Made by a program: the position numbers and the translations under genes. A DNA stretch of 64,000 nt from Flaccisagitta enflata (taxonomy: Eukaryota), in assembly GCA_965153355.1 (NCBI GenBank), contig OZ231126.1, forward strand, positions 29,698,001 through 29,762,000, read 5' to 3'. Below the pieces are notes generated by a model. It saw nothing but the letters and a program-made list of their open reading frames with translations, did not search any database and had not been told where the DNA came from. This document shows positions 12,401-24,939 of the stretch, piece after piece; the first letter of the stretch is position 1, and every line of letters starts with the position of its first letter.

Positions 12401-15400
12401 ACCGACACAGCGGCTTCTAGAGTCGCGTTCACGCGACTAAAAAACGCGTACTCCATCAATTCGGTTACCTGACTGATAGACACCGTGGTGCACATCCTCT
12501 TCAAGAGGCAAATCATCTAGCGTTTTCCAATGTCAAAATGTCACAACTGAACCACATGCAACTTTCAAGGATATAACATGCATGCTGATCTTTGCAGACA
12601 TATTTTGTTTGCGTCTGATTATAAGTTGTTTGTGTTCTTGTACGTTCCAGTTTCGGTTGAATTCTCGTATCAAATTTTATGATAGTTAATGTAAACTAGA
12701 TAACATCGATCGATAACCTCAAATTGCACAATCTCTTTTTGACCAGGCACACTATCAATTCCCTGTGTTCCTAGATTATGTGACAATGTCCCGTTTTCGC
12801 ATCAACTTCCTTTATTCGTTGATATCGGTTAGCTGAACGGGGCATGTACCACATAACACCAGTTTCCTTTGTACCTTATGTAACAATATTTTCTCACTTT
12901 CAATGAGAGTTATAAATTCTCATTTGAGAAGCTCAGAAGCAAAAGACTAATTATTATTTACCTTTTATTTCCAATTGATGATTGTCCAAAATGTTCTCTG
13001 CCAAAATCCCATTGGCATGTCAAAAGAGCCTTCAGCTCCAGGTGCTGGCTTTACAGGTTCGGTCGATGGAGCTGCCCCTCATGACCCATTGGGCAATCTG
13101 ATGAGGTTACCGCACGACGCCCAGGGAAAGCTGCTCCACCCGAAAAAGAGATATTTTACCGATTCAAACCATTATGACACTAGGTAATTCTCATACATCC
13201 ACGGTAACAACGGTATCAGTAGGTAGAATTCGCCAGCGATTTTTCTCACCAAAGCTAATCAATCGCCACACACGAAAACTCTGATCAAAGCTTGTTAGAA
13301 TCTCCGTCTACTGACGCACTAGTCCATAATTTACAAACATTGATCTTGCGCAATTTGGCAGAAGCCGCTGATAGTGAAGACGAAAGGGGGTGCTTAGTCA
13401 AATGGGTGTGTCGGGAACTGGGTAAAATGAGAAGGGAAGGAACGCGGGATTACAGTATCGTCGCGGACGGAAGGACAGGAGCGCACACTTCCCTAAACGC
13501 TCATTCATGTGTAGGGGCGGAAATGCGCGTGTAAACACTTATCAACTCTTGTGTCATAGTCCCACAAAGCTTTGGTTGAACGAACCCATTGACGGATTGT
13601 TGGACGGGCACAGCCTCCTATACAGAGGAAGGAGAAATATAAGATGTGAACCCCCCTAAAACTGTAGCACCCCCCCTTACAGCTCAAACTACAGCAATGA
13701 ATGATAAATTTAATGTTATTGATTAAAGCTTATGACTAACACCCCTTCCATAATTAGGCGAACTAGGATGAAATGGCACTGTTTGAGGGTTGATAAATAC
13801 GCGTATGATCAATTCAAACGGTGCAAAACTTCAGTATTAGTAAATTTCATCAATGTAATGCAAAAAATGACTCAAAATATAAATGGCTATCTCCTTTAGA
13901 GCTCAATTATGCAGATTAGTGAAAGGTCACGTAAGGGGCCTCTCTGGCCAGGATCTCAATATGTCACCCTCTTTTCCTGGGATTTTGTCAGTTTACGCGG
14001 CTTTCCCAGCCCCTCCTTCTGCGGTTCTGCCTCTCCTGCATCAATTAAACTCATTACACAATATTTGGCGGTATTTTTTTGCATCCCATCCTCTCAAAAT
14101 GCTTGAGGTATACATTTCCCCCTTTGAAACATTTTTTCCCGTAGAAATCGGCAATAATTTGATGACATACTTCTGTTAAAAGACCCTCCATCTCCCTTTA
14201 CATGCAGGAAAGTCCCCAACATCGCTTTACTACGTCAAAGTACTACGTCTTAGCTATCTCTGTGTCAAATTTCATCACTTTGAGTGCACTTTTACTATCC
14301 ATTTGGATCCTTTTTTCTAGTTCGCTTAATTATGGAAGGGGTGTTATACAAGTGGCGCCACCAGAGCGATTTTGCAATTTACATTCCAGTCTCAAATTAT
14401 AATGGAAAAACCTTGATTTTATGAATATTTAGTAATAGTTAATTTCAATACTTTATTAAGCTATATCTTGACTTAAAAAACAAAAATGAAAAATCGCTCT
14501 GGTGACGCCACTTGTATTAATATAAATATTTTTCCTCTACTTTTAAAATATCTATAATCTAATTGGTTAGAGCTGTAGGGGGGGTGCTACAGTTTTCAGG
14601 GGGTTCACACCTTATATTAACCTTCTCTCTGTACCACACGAGTCCGCAACTGAAAGAAAACTTGGTATGTTTAGATGATGAAGCAAGCGAGTCAGAGACC
14701 GTGCATTGTAGACAGATGCGGACACGATATGCATAGAATGCTTACGCCAAGCCTTAGTTAATAGATGCTGCTATATATTGATTCGAACTAGGTGCGATAG
14801 GGTTTGATTAGTAATCCATAATCCGCTTCTTTCCACTTTCTCTCGCCTTTCAACTTATTTCTCACATCATTCGACGCGATACTAGTCGCCAAGGGTAATC
14901 GCTAAGCTTCTATTGGTATACTAATCCCGAATTTTATGCTGTTTCACCATTCCTTGTCAATAACAAACGTCCATTCTGTTTGCATTGTCTGATTTAGCGG
15001 ATGTTACGGTAGTACTGTGTTACACGCAGGTAAGTTTAATTGGTCAATACTTCTACTGTGGCGTTCTTCTGTTTCCTACAGCCCACTGTGTTCAGACAAT
15101 TTTGATATTTACTATGGCGGTTGATACCTAAGGGGGGTACAAGTGGCGCCGCTGTAGCGATTTTTGTGTTCCACAATAGTGGAACGCTAAGTATTCAGAA
15201 ATTCTCCATTTGTCCGTCCGTCCGTCCCAGTTTTTTCCTATGTAAAAATGTACGTCACGCATGTTCGATGTATGACACACAGCTCAGAATTCTCCGATGT
15301 ATGACACACAGCTCAGAATTCTCCGATGTATGTCACACAGCTTAGAATTCTCCAATGTATGTCACACCACCCAGTTTTCCCCGATGTATGTCACACAGCC

Positions 15401-18400
15401 CAGAATTCTCTAATGTATGTCACACCACCAAGTTTTCTGCAATGTATGTCACACAGCCCAGAATTCTCCAATGTATGTCATACCAACCAGTTTTCTCCGA
15501 TGTATGTCACACAACCTAGAATTCTCTGATATATGTCACTCAACCCAGTTTTTTCCAATGTATGTCACACATCTCAGAATTCTCCAATGTATGTCACACC
15601 ACCCAGTTTTCTCTGATGTATGTCACACAGCCCAGAATTCTCCAATGTATGTCACACCACCCAGTTTTCTCCGATGTATGTCACACAGCCCAGAATTCTC
15701 TAATGTATGTCACACCACCCAGTTTTCTGCAATGTATGTCACACAACCCAGAATTCTCCAATGTATGTCATACCACCCAGTTTTCTCCGATATATGTCAC
15801 ACAGCCCAGAATTCTCAAATGTATATCACACCACCCAGTTTTTCCTTAATGTATGTCACACAGTTCAGATTTCCCCAATGTATGTCACACCACCCAGTTT
15901 TCTCTGATGTATGTCACACAGCCCAGAATTCTTCATTGTATGTCACACCACCTAGTTTTCTCCAATTTATGTCTCACAACCCAGAATTCTCTGATGTTTG
16001 TCACACTAACAAGTTTTCTCCAATGTATGTCACACAGCCTAGAATTTTCCTATGTATGTCACACCACCTAGTTTTCTATGATGTATTTCACACAGCCCAG
16101 TTTTTTCCGAAATATGTGACACAGCCCAGAATTCTATGATGTATGTTCCACCACCCAGTTTTCTACAATGTATGTTACACAGCCCAGAATTCTCCGATAT
16201 CTGTCACACCACCCAGTTTTCTCCAATGTATGTAACACAGCCCAGAATTTTCCGATGTATGACACACCTAGTTTTTTCCGATGCGTGTTATACAGCCCAG
16301 AATTCTCCAATGTATGTCACACCACCCAGCTCTCTCCAATGTATGTCACACCACCCAGCTTTCTCCAATGTATATCACACAGCCCAGAATTCTCCAATGT
16401 ATGTCACAACACCCAGTTTTCTCCAATATGTCACACAGCCCAGAATTCTCCAATATATGAAAGTTTGACAACATTACTACTCCACATTAGATAAAGGACA
16501 AGAGCCTTTGGAGCTCGTAATGGTGTTTAATCCGGACCCATCACATGTTACACTTCCCAGTTTTCTCCAATATATGTCACACAGCCCAAAATTCTCCAAT
16601 GTATGTCACACCACCCAGTTTTCTCCGATGTATGTCACACAGTCCAGAATTCTCTGATGTTTGTCACACCACCCAGTTTTTCAGTCGCGTGCACGCGACT
16701 CTACAACCTGCTTTGTCCGTTGGTCGGTCGGTCGGTTAGTCACACTTCACTTTTTTTTATGATTTCATTTCTTTGACCTCACTGCTCCTGCCAAAATGGT
16801 CTGGTGACCTCAAATATGGCCCTTGCCCACCTGCACGCGACTTCAGTAGCCGTGTATCCAGCCTTTTTCCAATGTATGTCACACAGCCCGGAATTCTCTG
16901 ATATATGTCACACAGCCCAGTTTTCTCCAATGTATGTCACACAACCCAGAATTCTTGGATGTATGTTACACCACCCAGTTTTCTTCAATGTATGTCACAC
17001 AGCCCAGAATTCTTGTATGAATGTCACATCACCCAGTTTTCTCTGATGTATGTCATACAGCCTGAAATACTCCAATGTATATCACACCATCCAGTCTTAT
17101 TGGATGTGTGTCACACAGTCCAGAATTTTCCAATGTATGTCACACCACCCAGTTTTTTCAAATGTATGTCACAAAGCCCAGAATTCTCCAATGTATGACT
17201 TACACACACACACACATATATATATATACACATATATATACACATAGAGGCGGCAGTGGGACCGCCCACAGGCGGCAGTGGGACCGCCCACAGGCGGCAG
17301 TGGGAACGCCCACAGGCGGCACTGGGACCGCCCACAGGCGGCAGTGGGACCGCCCACAGGCGGCAGTGGGACCGCCCACAGGCGGCAGTGGGACCGCCCA
17401 CAGGCGGCAGTGGGACCGTCCATAGGCGGCAGTGGGACCGTCCATAGGCGGCAGTGGGACCGTCCATAGGCGGCAGTGGGACCGCCCCTAGGCGGCAGTG
17501 AGACCGCCCGCAGGTGGCAGTGGGACTGCCCACAGGCGGCAGTGGAACTGCCCATAGGCGACAGTGGGACAGCCTACAGGTGGCAGTGGGACTGCCCATA
17601 GGCGGCAGTGGGACCGGCTACAGGTGGTAGTAAGGCCGCCCATAGGCGGCAGTTAGGTCGTCCACAGGTGGTATTTAGGCCACCCACAAGCGGCTATTAT
17701 CCATGACACAGATTTGTCCTGTTATTATTATTATTAGAAATGTTTTATTAGAAATGTTTTATGAATTATTGCCTTTCTTTTTCATCCCAAATCAAGTTTT
17801 TCGTGGAACATAATATGGCGAACGCCACTAGCTGAATTTCTACTTAGATCACCACTAAATTTTAAAATTGATGAAAAAAATTGTTCAATTTTATTGGGGC
17901 AGATTTAGGTGATTTCATTAAATTTAAGGTTGTTCTAAATGGAAATTCAAAAATCGCCATGGTGGCGCCACTTGTACCCACCTAAGGTGTCAATCGCCAC
18001 AGTAAGTGTCAAAATTGTCTGAACACAGTGGGCTGTAGGGGGGGGTGCTAACGCTTAGGGTCCCGCCTCAGCTCTTAAAATGGTCCCGTCTGTATATCTG
18101 ATGCCGAAAGTCATGGAAGTCGATCAGAAATGAGATATCTGTCAGGCAGCCCGAAAGGAGGCACGCTGAAACTGATAGTTTGATTTTCGAACCGTTTTAC
18201 AGGAACAAGGAGTTTCCCGAAAACGTCAACCAGAAGCAAGTCGCCAAGAACATCGCCGATACATTGCTGACCAAGCAAGGTTAGAAAAAAGGCATAACAT
18301 GTGACATGATGTTGTATGTGAGATATATAGTCTGTAAACGAGCTGCATCCTGGTGATATGGCGTTGAAATGTTTCAGATGAGCGGGCGCACGACCTCTTC

Positions 18401-21400
18401 AAAGAGACTATCGCCCGCAATTACGACGATCGAATGGAGAATTACATTCGTAATACCCGATGGAAAATCGGTATCGACGGTTATCCAGAATACCCCACGC
18501 CTGTCAAGGACTATCTCACGCGTGAGTCTAGTGAATCTTTCGTTATAACGTACGTAGCTACAACTTACGCTCCATCCTGACTTAGGGACAGTCGGTGACT
18601 ATGTTCAGTGACTATGTTCAATGACAATTATTGACATTAATCAGTTTTGTTTGAGGAGAGATAGAACTAAATCATTTTTGTCTTGAGGCAGTGTTTTTGG
18701 CGGTTTTTGGGCCATAAGGTTTCGTGGAGATGGATTTTAATTCCGATCTAAATTTTCTTATTTGGTATACACAAAAAAAAAATCTTGCAGTTAACAAGTA
18801 AATCAAATCGTTTTCTAACCAGTTAAGGTCATTTATTTTCCTTCTTGTAGATCGTTTCTTGGCCATTGACGCTACACAGCCGGTCGTGGTGAATCACCAT
18901 CAGCACATCTTCACTAAAAACGAGTTCGAGCATCACCATCACACGGAGAGAGCCCCTCACGGTGGTGTCACCCCGGAGCAGGCGTTGCACCTCATCAATG
19001 GACTCAAGGATGAAAAGAACAGGTGCGGTGGTATAAGCTCAGTAGCTTTCGTAATCATTGCTGTTGTACTCCTTAAATGCTGTAATGCCCTCAGATTGCT
19101 GTTGTTTTCTTTATTACTGAATGACACGAGTGATGTAATCTTTATTTGCTGTTGTACTCTTTATCTAATTTTGTACTCTTGAATTGCTAATCTTCTCTTG
19201 AATTGCTCGAAAATTGCCATAAAGCTCTTGAATTGCTGTTGCATTCTTTGACTTTGATTTTTGTTGCGTTCTTTATTTGTTTTTGTAAGTGAATGATTAA
19301 AGGTAGTTTTGTTTGTCTACAGTAGATCTCGTCTAGACTTGAGATAACGGGGGCAAGCATTGTGGAAAGACGAATGAAGGCAGAGGAGCGATATTTGGAT
19401 CATAGACTAATTAAAGGATGATTAATTCCCCATGATAGCTGGTTGCCATGGAAACACATTTCCATGTATTCTCGCTAAAGTATCAATATTTTGAGAGATT
19501 TTTTTAAGGAACATTGCTTAAAATAAAATTTGCTACAACTTTCCCACAGTATGTTCTGTAAGAATGTCGCTCGTTTGGCCGTTGCTAGGGAGCGTATCCA
19601 TGTGTGACAACCCCTAGCAACCGCTAAACGAGCGACATTCTTACAGAACATACTTTGAGAAAGTTGTAGCAAATTTTATTTTAAGCAATGTTCCCTAAAA
19701 AAATCTCTCAAAATATTGATGCTTTAGCGAGAATACATGGAAATGTGTTTCCATGGCAACCAGCTATCATGGGCAATAAAGCATCCCGTTATTAGTCTAT
19801 GTTTGAAATATCACTCCCCTGGCTTTATTTGTTTTCCTACAATACTTGCCCCCGTTATCTCAAGTCTAGACGAGATCTACTGTACCTTTCAAAGGGGCGC
19901 GGGAATGTTTGAAGAAGCGCGTCAACGAGCTGAGAAATACGTGATTGACGAGAGCAATCGAAGACAGGACGCCAGAAGACCCATCTCGCCCACCTTGCAA
20001 AAACTGCTCAGCGAAGTCAACGAACCTCAAGAAAGTAAGGCGGTTTTCAAAAGAGTTGACTCCTGGCATGGATTGGAGTGGGGAAGGTCGGTGTTTCAAA
20101 TGCTTGAATAGACCGAGTGGCGAATGTTCTAAAAAGGCTGCTTAGTGCACGCTTGGGTGGTTCGTTGAATGAATACAGTGGATTAGAGGTTGAGGATTTT
20201 GATATACGCACACATTCACGCGACAGTGAAACTCGCATTCAGACATGGCAAAACCCAAATGTAGTTTTTGGCAAAGAATAAAAAAGAAACGAAAAACCCC
20301 GCTTCCGAAAACAAGGCCAAGTAAGCCAATATGTGCGACGTGTGCATCGTCGAACGAATGCGTTACCAACAGACCGACAGACCAACGAACAAAGCCTATT
20401 ATTGATGTGCGCCCATAAAAACGAAAGAAAAAAATCAAACGCCGATCATTGACAACGAACAAAATCACCCAATTCACTGAATCTATTCCCGTCGGACTTA
20501 GTGTCGGCCTATAATTTGGCCATGGAATCGGCGGAGAAGGACAAAGACAAGAAAATCGCCGAGTTGCAGCAGATCATTCGGGCGCAACAAGAGGAAATCG
20601 CTCGTCTGCGCGCCAACATCAGCGCTTCCGAGATTCCGGCGTCACCGATGGCTGTTTCTGAGCCCAGGGTAAGCCTCACCGTGGTAAAAATAGAGTAGAA
20701 ATGCTCATGGTGGAAGGCCGAGTCGCCGCTAGAAGAAAACTTGATATTGATATATGCGTATATGATATTATCATATTATTTCTTGAGCAGTGGGACCTTC
20801 ACTAACTTCAAGCAATTTTCCACTACGGCTTGTGTAGTTAATCTTTAGCCAATTTAAAAATTTTGGGAGGTAACTAACGGACTCATTATTCATGGAATAT
20901 GGGCGTTGCATTTCAGCATTGATGCTGAAATGCTGAAATGCTGAAATGCTGATCAGCCAATAGCAATTTTGGCAGTTAACCTAACGGACTCATTATAGAT
21001 GAGATAATGATCTATGAAGTATGGACATTGCATTGCAGCATCGTAGTCGATGATGAGACAAGAATCTAAACTTGACCAACTGACGAAATTCGGGGATGAA
21101 AAGTAACCGCGGCCTAATCGACATGTAACTAAATTTTTGTTTTTCTTAACCCCCGATTTTGCCAAATACGACCACTCAGTAAGCTTAAGCGAGCGCCGAT
21201 GAGTTTTCCGCTTGATTAACGCGCCTTTTAAGACGCTTTAAATTAAACTAACACGATGATTAATCATTCTCAACAACTTACTGGTGTTGTGAGGAAGAGG
21301 ATGAAGAAAAGAACCCCTTTCCCTTACTAAAAGAGCGTTTCGGCGTCTAAATTCCTGGACGAACGAGACCCGAGCAAAAAGCTTTTAAAGAAAAACACTC

Positions 21401-24400
21401 ACATTAAAAACTGAGCAGTTTTTTTGGTAGCAAGCCTTCTCGAAGTTTAAAAACTCTGCAGTGCGAGTTTCTTGTCTATGGTTTAGAGAAGTAACCATTG
21501 TAAGATGTGTGGAGGGACTAACAGTTTTAGCACCCCCCCCCCCACAGGCCATACTAATACAGACGGGACCCTAATAAGAGCGGAGGAGGGACCCAAATGT
21601 TACATGACCCCCTCACTAGTGCCCACGGGGTGGAGAAAAGCCCCCATCTGGTTTTTTAGGCTCTACTCGATGTGAGGAAGTGTTTTCTAGTCAAAATCAA
21701 ATCATCCTTGGGGCGTTTTTAAAAAAAATAAAAATTCAAGATTTTTACAGTAGTTTGATTTTGCATAAAAAATTTTGTAGGTTGGTCTGACTTATTTTTT
21801 GACAACATATTGTTAATCGTGATTGATTTCCCTTTTATTTCATAGGTCGCACTATAGAGTTTTTTTTGTCCTCGACGATCAGTTTACGTCGAGGACTATA
21901 ACATAGCCTTGATCGTGTAGTATGTCGTCGTTTGTTGTTTGTTGTTGTAATATTCGAGTTTGTCACTGGCACTGGAAATGGTTGAGATAAAAACAATAGT
22001 ATGTATGATGAAACTTGGTCAGTGTTATTTTTAGGGCATTACTAACCTGTGTACCAACTTTCAACAACATTCATAAATATTTAATACCCTTTGCCTATTA
22101 TTTTTGTAGTAATATTAATTCCTGGACTTGTGCAATTTACATAGGGGAAGGGTAGTAAAGGTTCACCAATGTTGTTCAAACTTGTTGTGAAGGTTTATTG
22201 CATCAATCAAAGCTCCCCTGCAAGATTTCAGATAATTCTGAGTATTGGTTTAGAAGATATAAGGGTATTTTGCTAGTAATATTAATTCCTAGACTTGTGC
22301 AATTTACATAGGGGAATGGTAGTTAAGGTTCACCAATGTTGTTCAAACTTGTTGTGAAAGTTCATTGCATCAATTAAAGCTCCCCTGCAAGATTTCAGTA
22401 AATTCTGAGTATTGGTTGAGAAGATATAAGGGTATTTATGATGTATCTAGTAACATTATTTCCTGGACTTTGGGATTTTTTTTTTTTTTTTAATTTTTTT
22501 TTGATTTTTTTTTTTGAAATTTTTTTTTTATTGAAAATAAAATTTTTTTTTTTTTTTTATTTTTTTTTTTTTTTGAAAGAAAAAAATTTTTAAAAAATTT
22601 TTTTTTCGAAAAAAAATTTTTTCTTGAAATTTCTTTTTTTTATTGTTGTATTATAAGGTATGCTTTCATAGACTTCAAGGAATGCCATCATGGACTATAA
22701 GGTATGCCAACAAATGCTGCAAGGTATGCCATCATGGACTTTAAGGTATGCAATCGGTAGCCGGGTCAGACTGAGTAGCCGGGTCAGACTGAGTAGCCGG
22801 GTCAGACTGAGTAGCCGGGTCAGACTGAGTAGCCGGGTCAGACTGAGTAGCCGGGTCAGACTGAGTAGCCGGGTCAGACTGAGTAGCCGGGTCAGACTGA
22901 GTAGCCGGGTCAGACTGAGTAGCCGGGTCAGACTGAGTAGCCGGGTCAGACTGAGTAGCCGCGTCAGACTGAGTAGCCGGGTCAGACTGAGTAGCCGGGT
23001 CAGACTGAGTAGCCGGGTCAGACTGAGTAGCCGGGTCAGACTGAGTAGCCGGGTCAGACTGAGTAGCCGGGTCAGACTGAGTAGCCGGGTCAGACTGAGT
23101 AGCCGGGTCAGACTGAGTAGCCGGGTCAGACTGAGTAGCCGGGTCAGACTGAGTAGCCGGGTCAGACTGAGTAGCCGGGTCAGACTGAGTAGCCGCGTCA
23201 GACTGAGTAGCCGCGTCAGACTGAGTAGCCGGGTCGGACACCAAACAGACTACAGTCAAGGACTGTTGTTTTTAAGCTTTTTAAAAAATACAATTTTTAT
23301 GTTCTGAGCCACCGTCATGATTTTTGTAACGGTGACATAAAAAATGAAACTTTTATTTCTTTTTAAAACCCTATAGTGCGACTTATCAAATTAAAGGGAA
23401 TTTCATCAGGAATAACAATATACTATCAAAAAATAAGCGAGATCAACTTGCAAAATTTTTTATTCAAAATTATGCTAAAAATCTTTGGTTTTTAGATGCG
23501 TCCTCGCATCTCTATAAGAGGGTCTAAATAAATGAAGGGAACGCGAAAATTTCTAAACGAGATTTTTAGGATTTTCTCTTCCTCTTTTTGTCTCTTTTGT
23601 CTCTTTTGTCTTTTATGTCTCTTATTTCTCTTATGTCTCTTTTTCTCTTATGTCTCTTTTTCTCTTATGTCTCTTATGTCTCTTATGTCGCTTTGTCTCT
23701 AATGTCTCTTCATGTGTCTCATGTCTCCTCACTTTTCCTCGTGTCCCTTCATGTCTCTCTGTCTCTCCAAGACCCTTCATGTCTCTTTGTGAGGACAAGG
23801 CGTGGGGGTGAGGTGTGGGGAGGCGGGGAGGGTGGGAAGGTGTGGGGGAGGCCAGGGGGGTTAGGTGTGGTGGGGGTTGGGGAGACGTGGGGGGTTGACG
23901 CGGCGTGGGGGGGCGGGGTTGAGGGAGGAATCGGTTTATATTTTTCTCTTTATCTCAGTATCTTTATATTTTCATATCATTATATCTTAATATCTTCACA
24001 TCTTAATGATTTGTATCTTAACTTCTTACATCTAAAGAGGACGCAACTGTTGGACATCTCTTGGCCTTGTTCACTTTTCTCAAAAAGCGCCCCAAAGGCT
24101 GATTTGAATACAGCTAGAAAACACTTCCCCACTTTGAGTAGAGACAAAAAAACTAGGTGGGGGCAATGGTCACTCAACTTGACCTTTTTTCCACCCTGTG
24201 GGCACTAGTGCCCTGTAGCTGTAGCTCACATGGTTCAATCAATTTCCAGACTAGCAGTGGCGGTTCACACAGATGGATACAATTGGCGCCAACGTGGCAA
24301 TTTTTCAATTTACACCTATTACCCCCAAACAGGCAACAGGCAACTTTCAGATCAAGATTTGAGAAAAAAAAGTATTCAATTTTTTGGTCTTTGATGGTGG

Positions 24401-24939
24401 TTTGGGAGGGTTCAAGGTAGAAATTGTGCTTCTTTTCCTTCACTCTGGGCAGTGGTTTATACCTTGGGTCAGACAATTTTTTCATCTAGGCTTTTTTTTT
24501 TTTAGATTCTCCCAAAAATTGCTATGATAGACTTTTTTATGCTAAAATTTGTTGTTTTTTTTTTTCAAAATTTTCCATATGTGGGAAAAACTAAAAAAAA
24601 AAAAAGATTTGGAAAGGTTTTTGATGGAATTCCAAAAATCACCTTGATGAAAAAATTTGTATTCACCTAGGTTGTGAACCATTACTTAAAACAAAGAAAT
24701 ATAAGCAGTGGTGTGGGCTGCTACAATTTCGGTCCCTCCACAACTCTTATAATGGTTCCTTCTGTACTTAGTTTCGTCCTCCTTCATAACTTCAAACAAA
24801 TCATTGATCTCAATTTGTTTGTCAAAAGGACGGCGGCGCACCAATGGATGAATCTGCCAAGGCCGCGCCCGTATTAGCTCCTCCGTCCTTTGACCACGAA
24901 TGGTCGAGGAAACATTGGCCTTTCGGTGCCCAAGCGTGA
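9469..24939 (+). CDS. Uncharacterised ~502-aa protein, 11 coding exons: 9469-9595, 10083-10245, 10627-10874, 11407-11439, 13057-13183, 18203-18279, 18378-18521, 18851-19022, 19895-20034, 20502-20668, 24829-24939
   Basis: All ten introns are GT-AG and the phases chain into one 1509-nt ORF (MTAPVFKNGEW...HWPFGAQA*). It has a GGY/G-rich tract, a His-rich segment and a coiled-coil-like EKDKDKKIAELQQIIRAQQEEIARLRANI. No family recognised. Confidence 0.8.
13623..14631. mobile_element. TA-flanked MITE
   Basis: TA|CAGAGGAAGG...GTGAACCCCCCTAAAACTGTAGCACCCCCCC and its inverse ending CCTTCTCTCTG|TA. Confidence 0.8.
15266..17196. repeat. 29-bp minisatellite with alternating variants (58-bp higher-order unit)
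   Basis: ATGTATGTCACACAGCCCAGAATTCTCC(A) alternates with ATGTATGTCACACCACCCAGTTTTCTCC(G). The array is interrupted near 16450-16545 and 16680-16865. Confidence 0.95.
17247..17690. repeat. 22-bp GC-rich minisatellite
   Basis: (CAGGCGGCAGTGGGACCGCCCA)n, degenerating toward the 3' end. Confidence 0.95.
19320..19882. mobile_element. Intact palindromic MITE, Tc1/mariner-like
   Basis: TA|CAGTAGATCTCGTCTAGACTTGAGATAACGGGGGCAAG...CTTGCCCCCGTTATCTCAAGTCTAGACGAGATCTACTG|TA. Near-perfect 563-bp hairpin. Confidence 0.93.
21860..23272 (+). mobile_element. Helentron/DINE-1-like non-autonomous element, long family (relatives at ~29926-30600 and ~54629-56380)
   Basis: Starts in a T-run followed by the hairpin GTCCTCGACG-loop-CGTCGAGGAC and CTATA. 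It has an internal ~180-bp tandem duplication shared with 30050-30520 and a 3' hairpin ACAGTC-aag-GACTGT. Confidence 0.6.
22757..23234. repeat. Homogeneous 18-bp minisatellite (~26 copies)
   Basis: (GTAGCCGGGTCAGACTGA)n. It produces the spurious SSRVRL / TQSDPA ORFs. Confidence 0.97.

Larger units (their letters stand above)
15075..18092. mobile_element. Long-TIR element (left end truncated) carrying two minisatellites
   Basis: cctacagcccactgtgttcagacaattttga (15075) is inverted at ~18008-18039. The right end GGTCCCGTCTG|TA matches the CAGACGGGACC end at 21560. Confidence 0.7.
21560..24210. mobile_element. Long-TIR element (right end truncated) with nested hairpin elements
   Basis: TA|CAGACGGGACC start. 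~21615-21860 is the inverse of ~23370-23480 plus ~24080-24210. Confidence 0.65.

Noticed and set aside
15266-17690. Regular 29-bp and 22-bp repeats as a CRISPR array or repeat-protein ORFs
   Set aside because: Head-to-tail units with no unique spacers, no cas genes, and a eukaryotic intronic context. The ORFs occur in all frames.
22690-23307. 205-aa SSRVRL and 172-aa TQSDPA ORFs
   Set aside because: Translation of an 18-bp minisatellite inside a mobile element.
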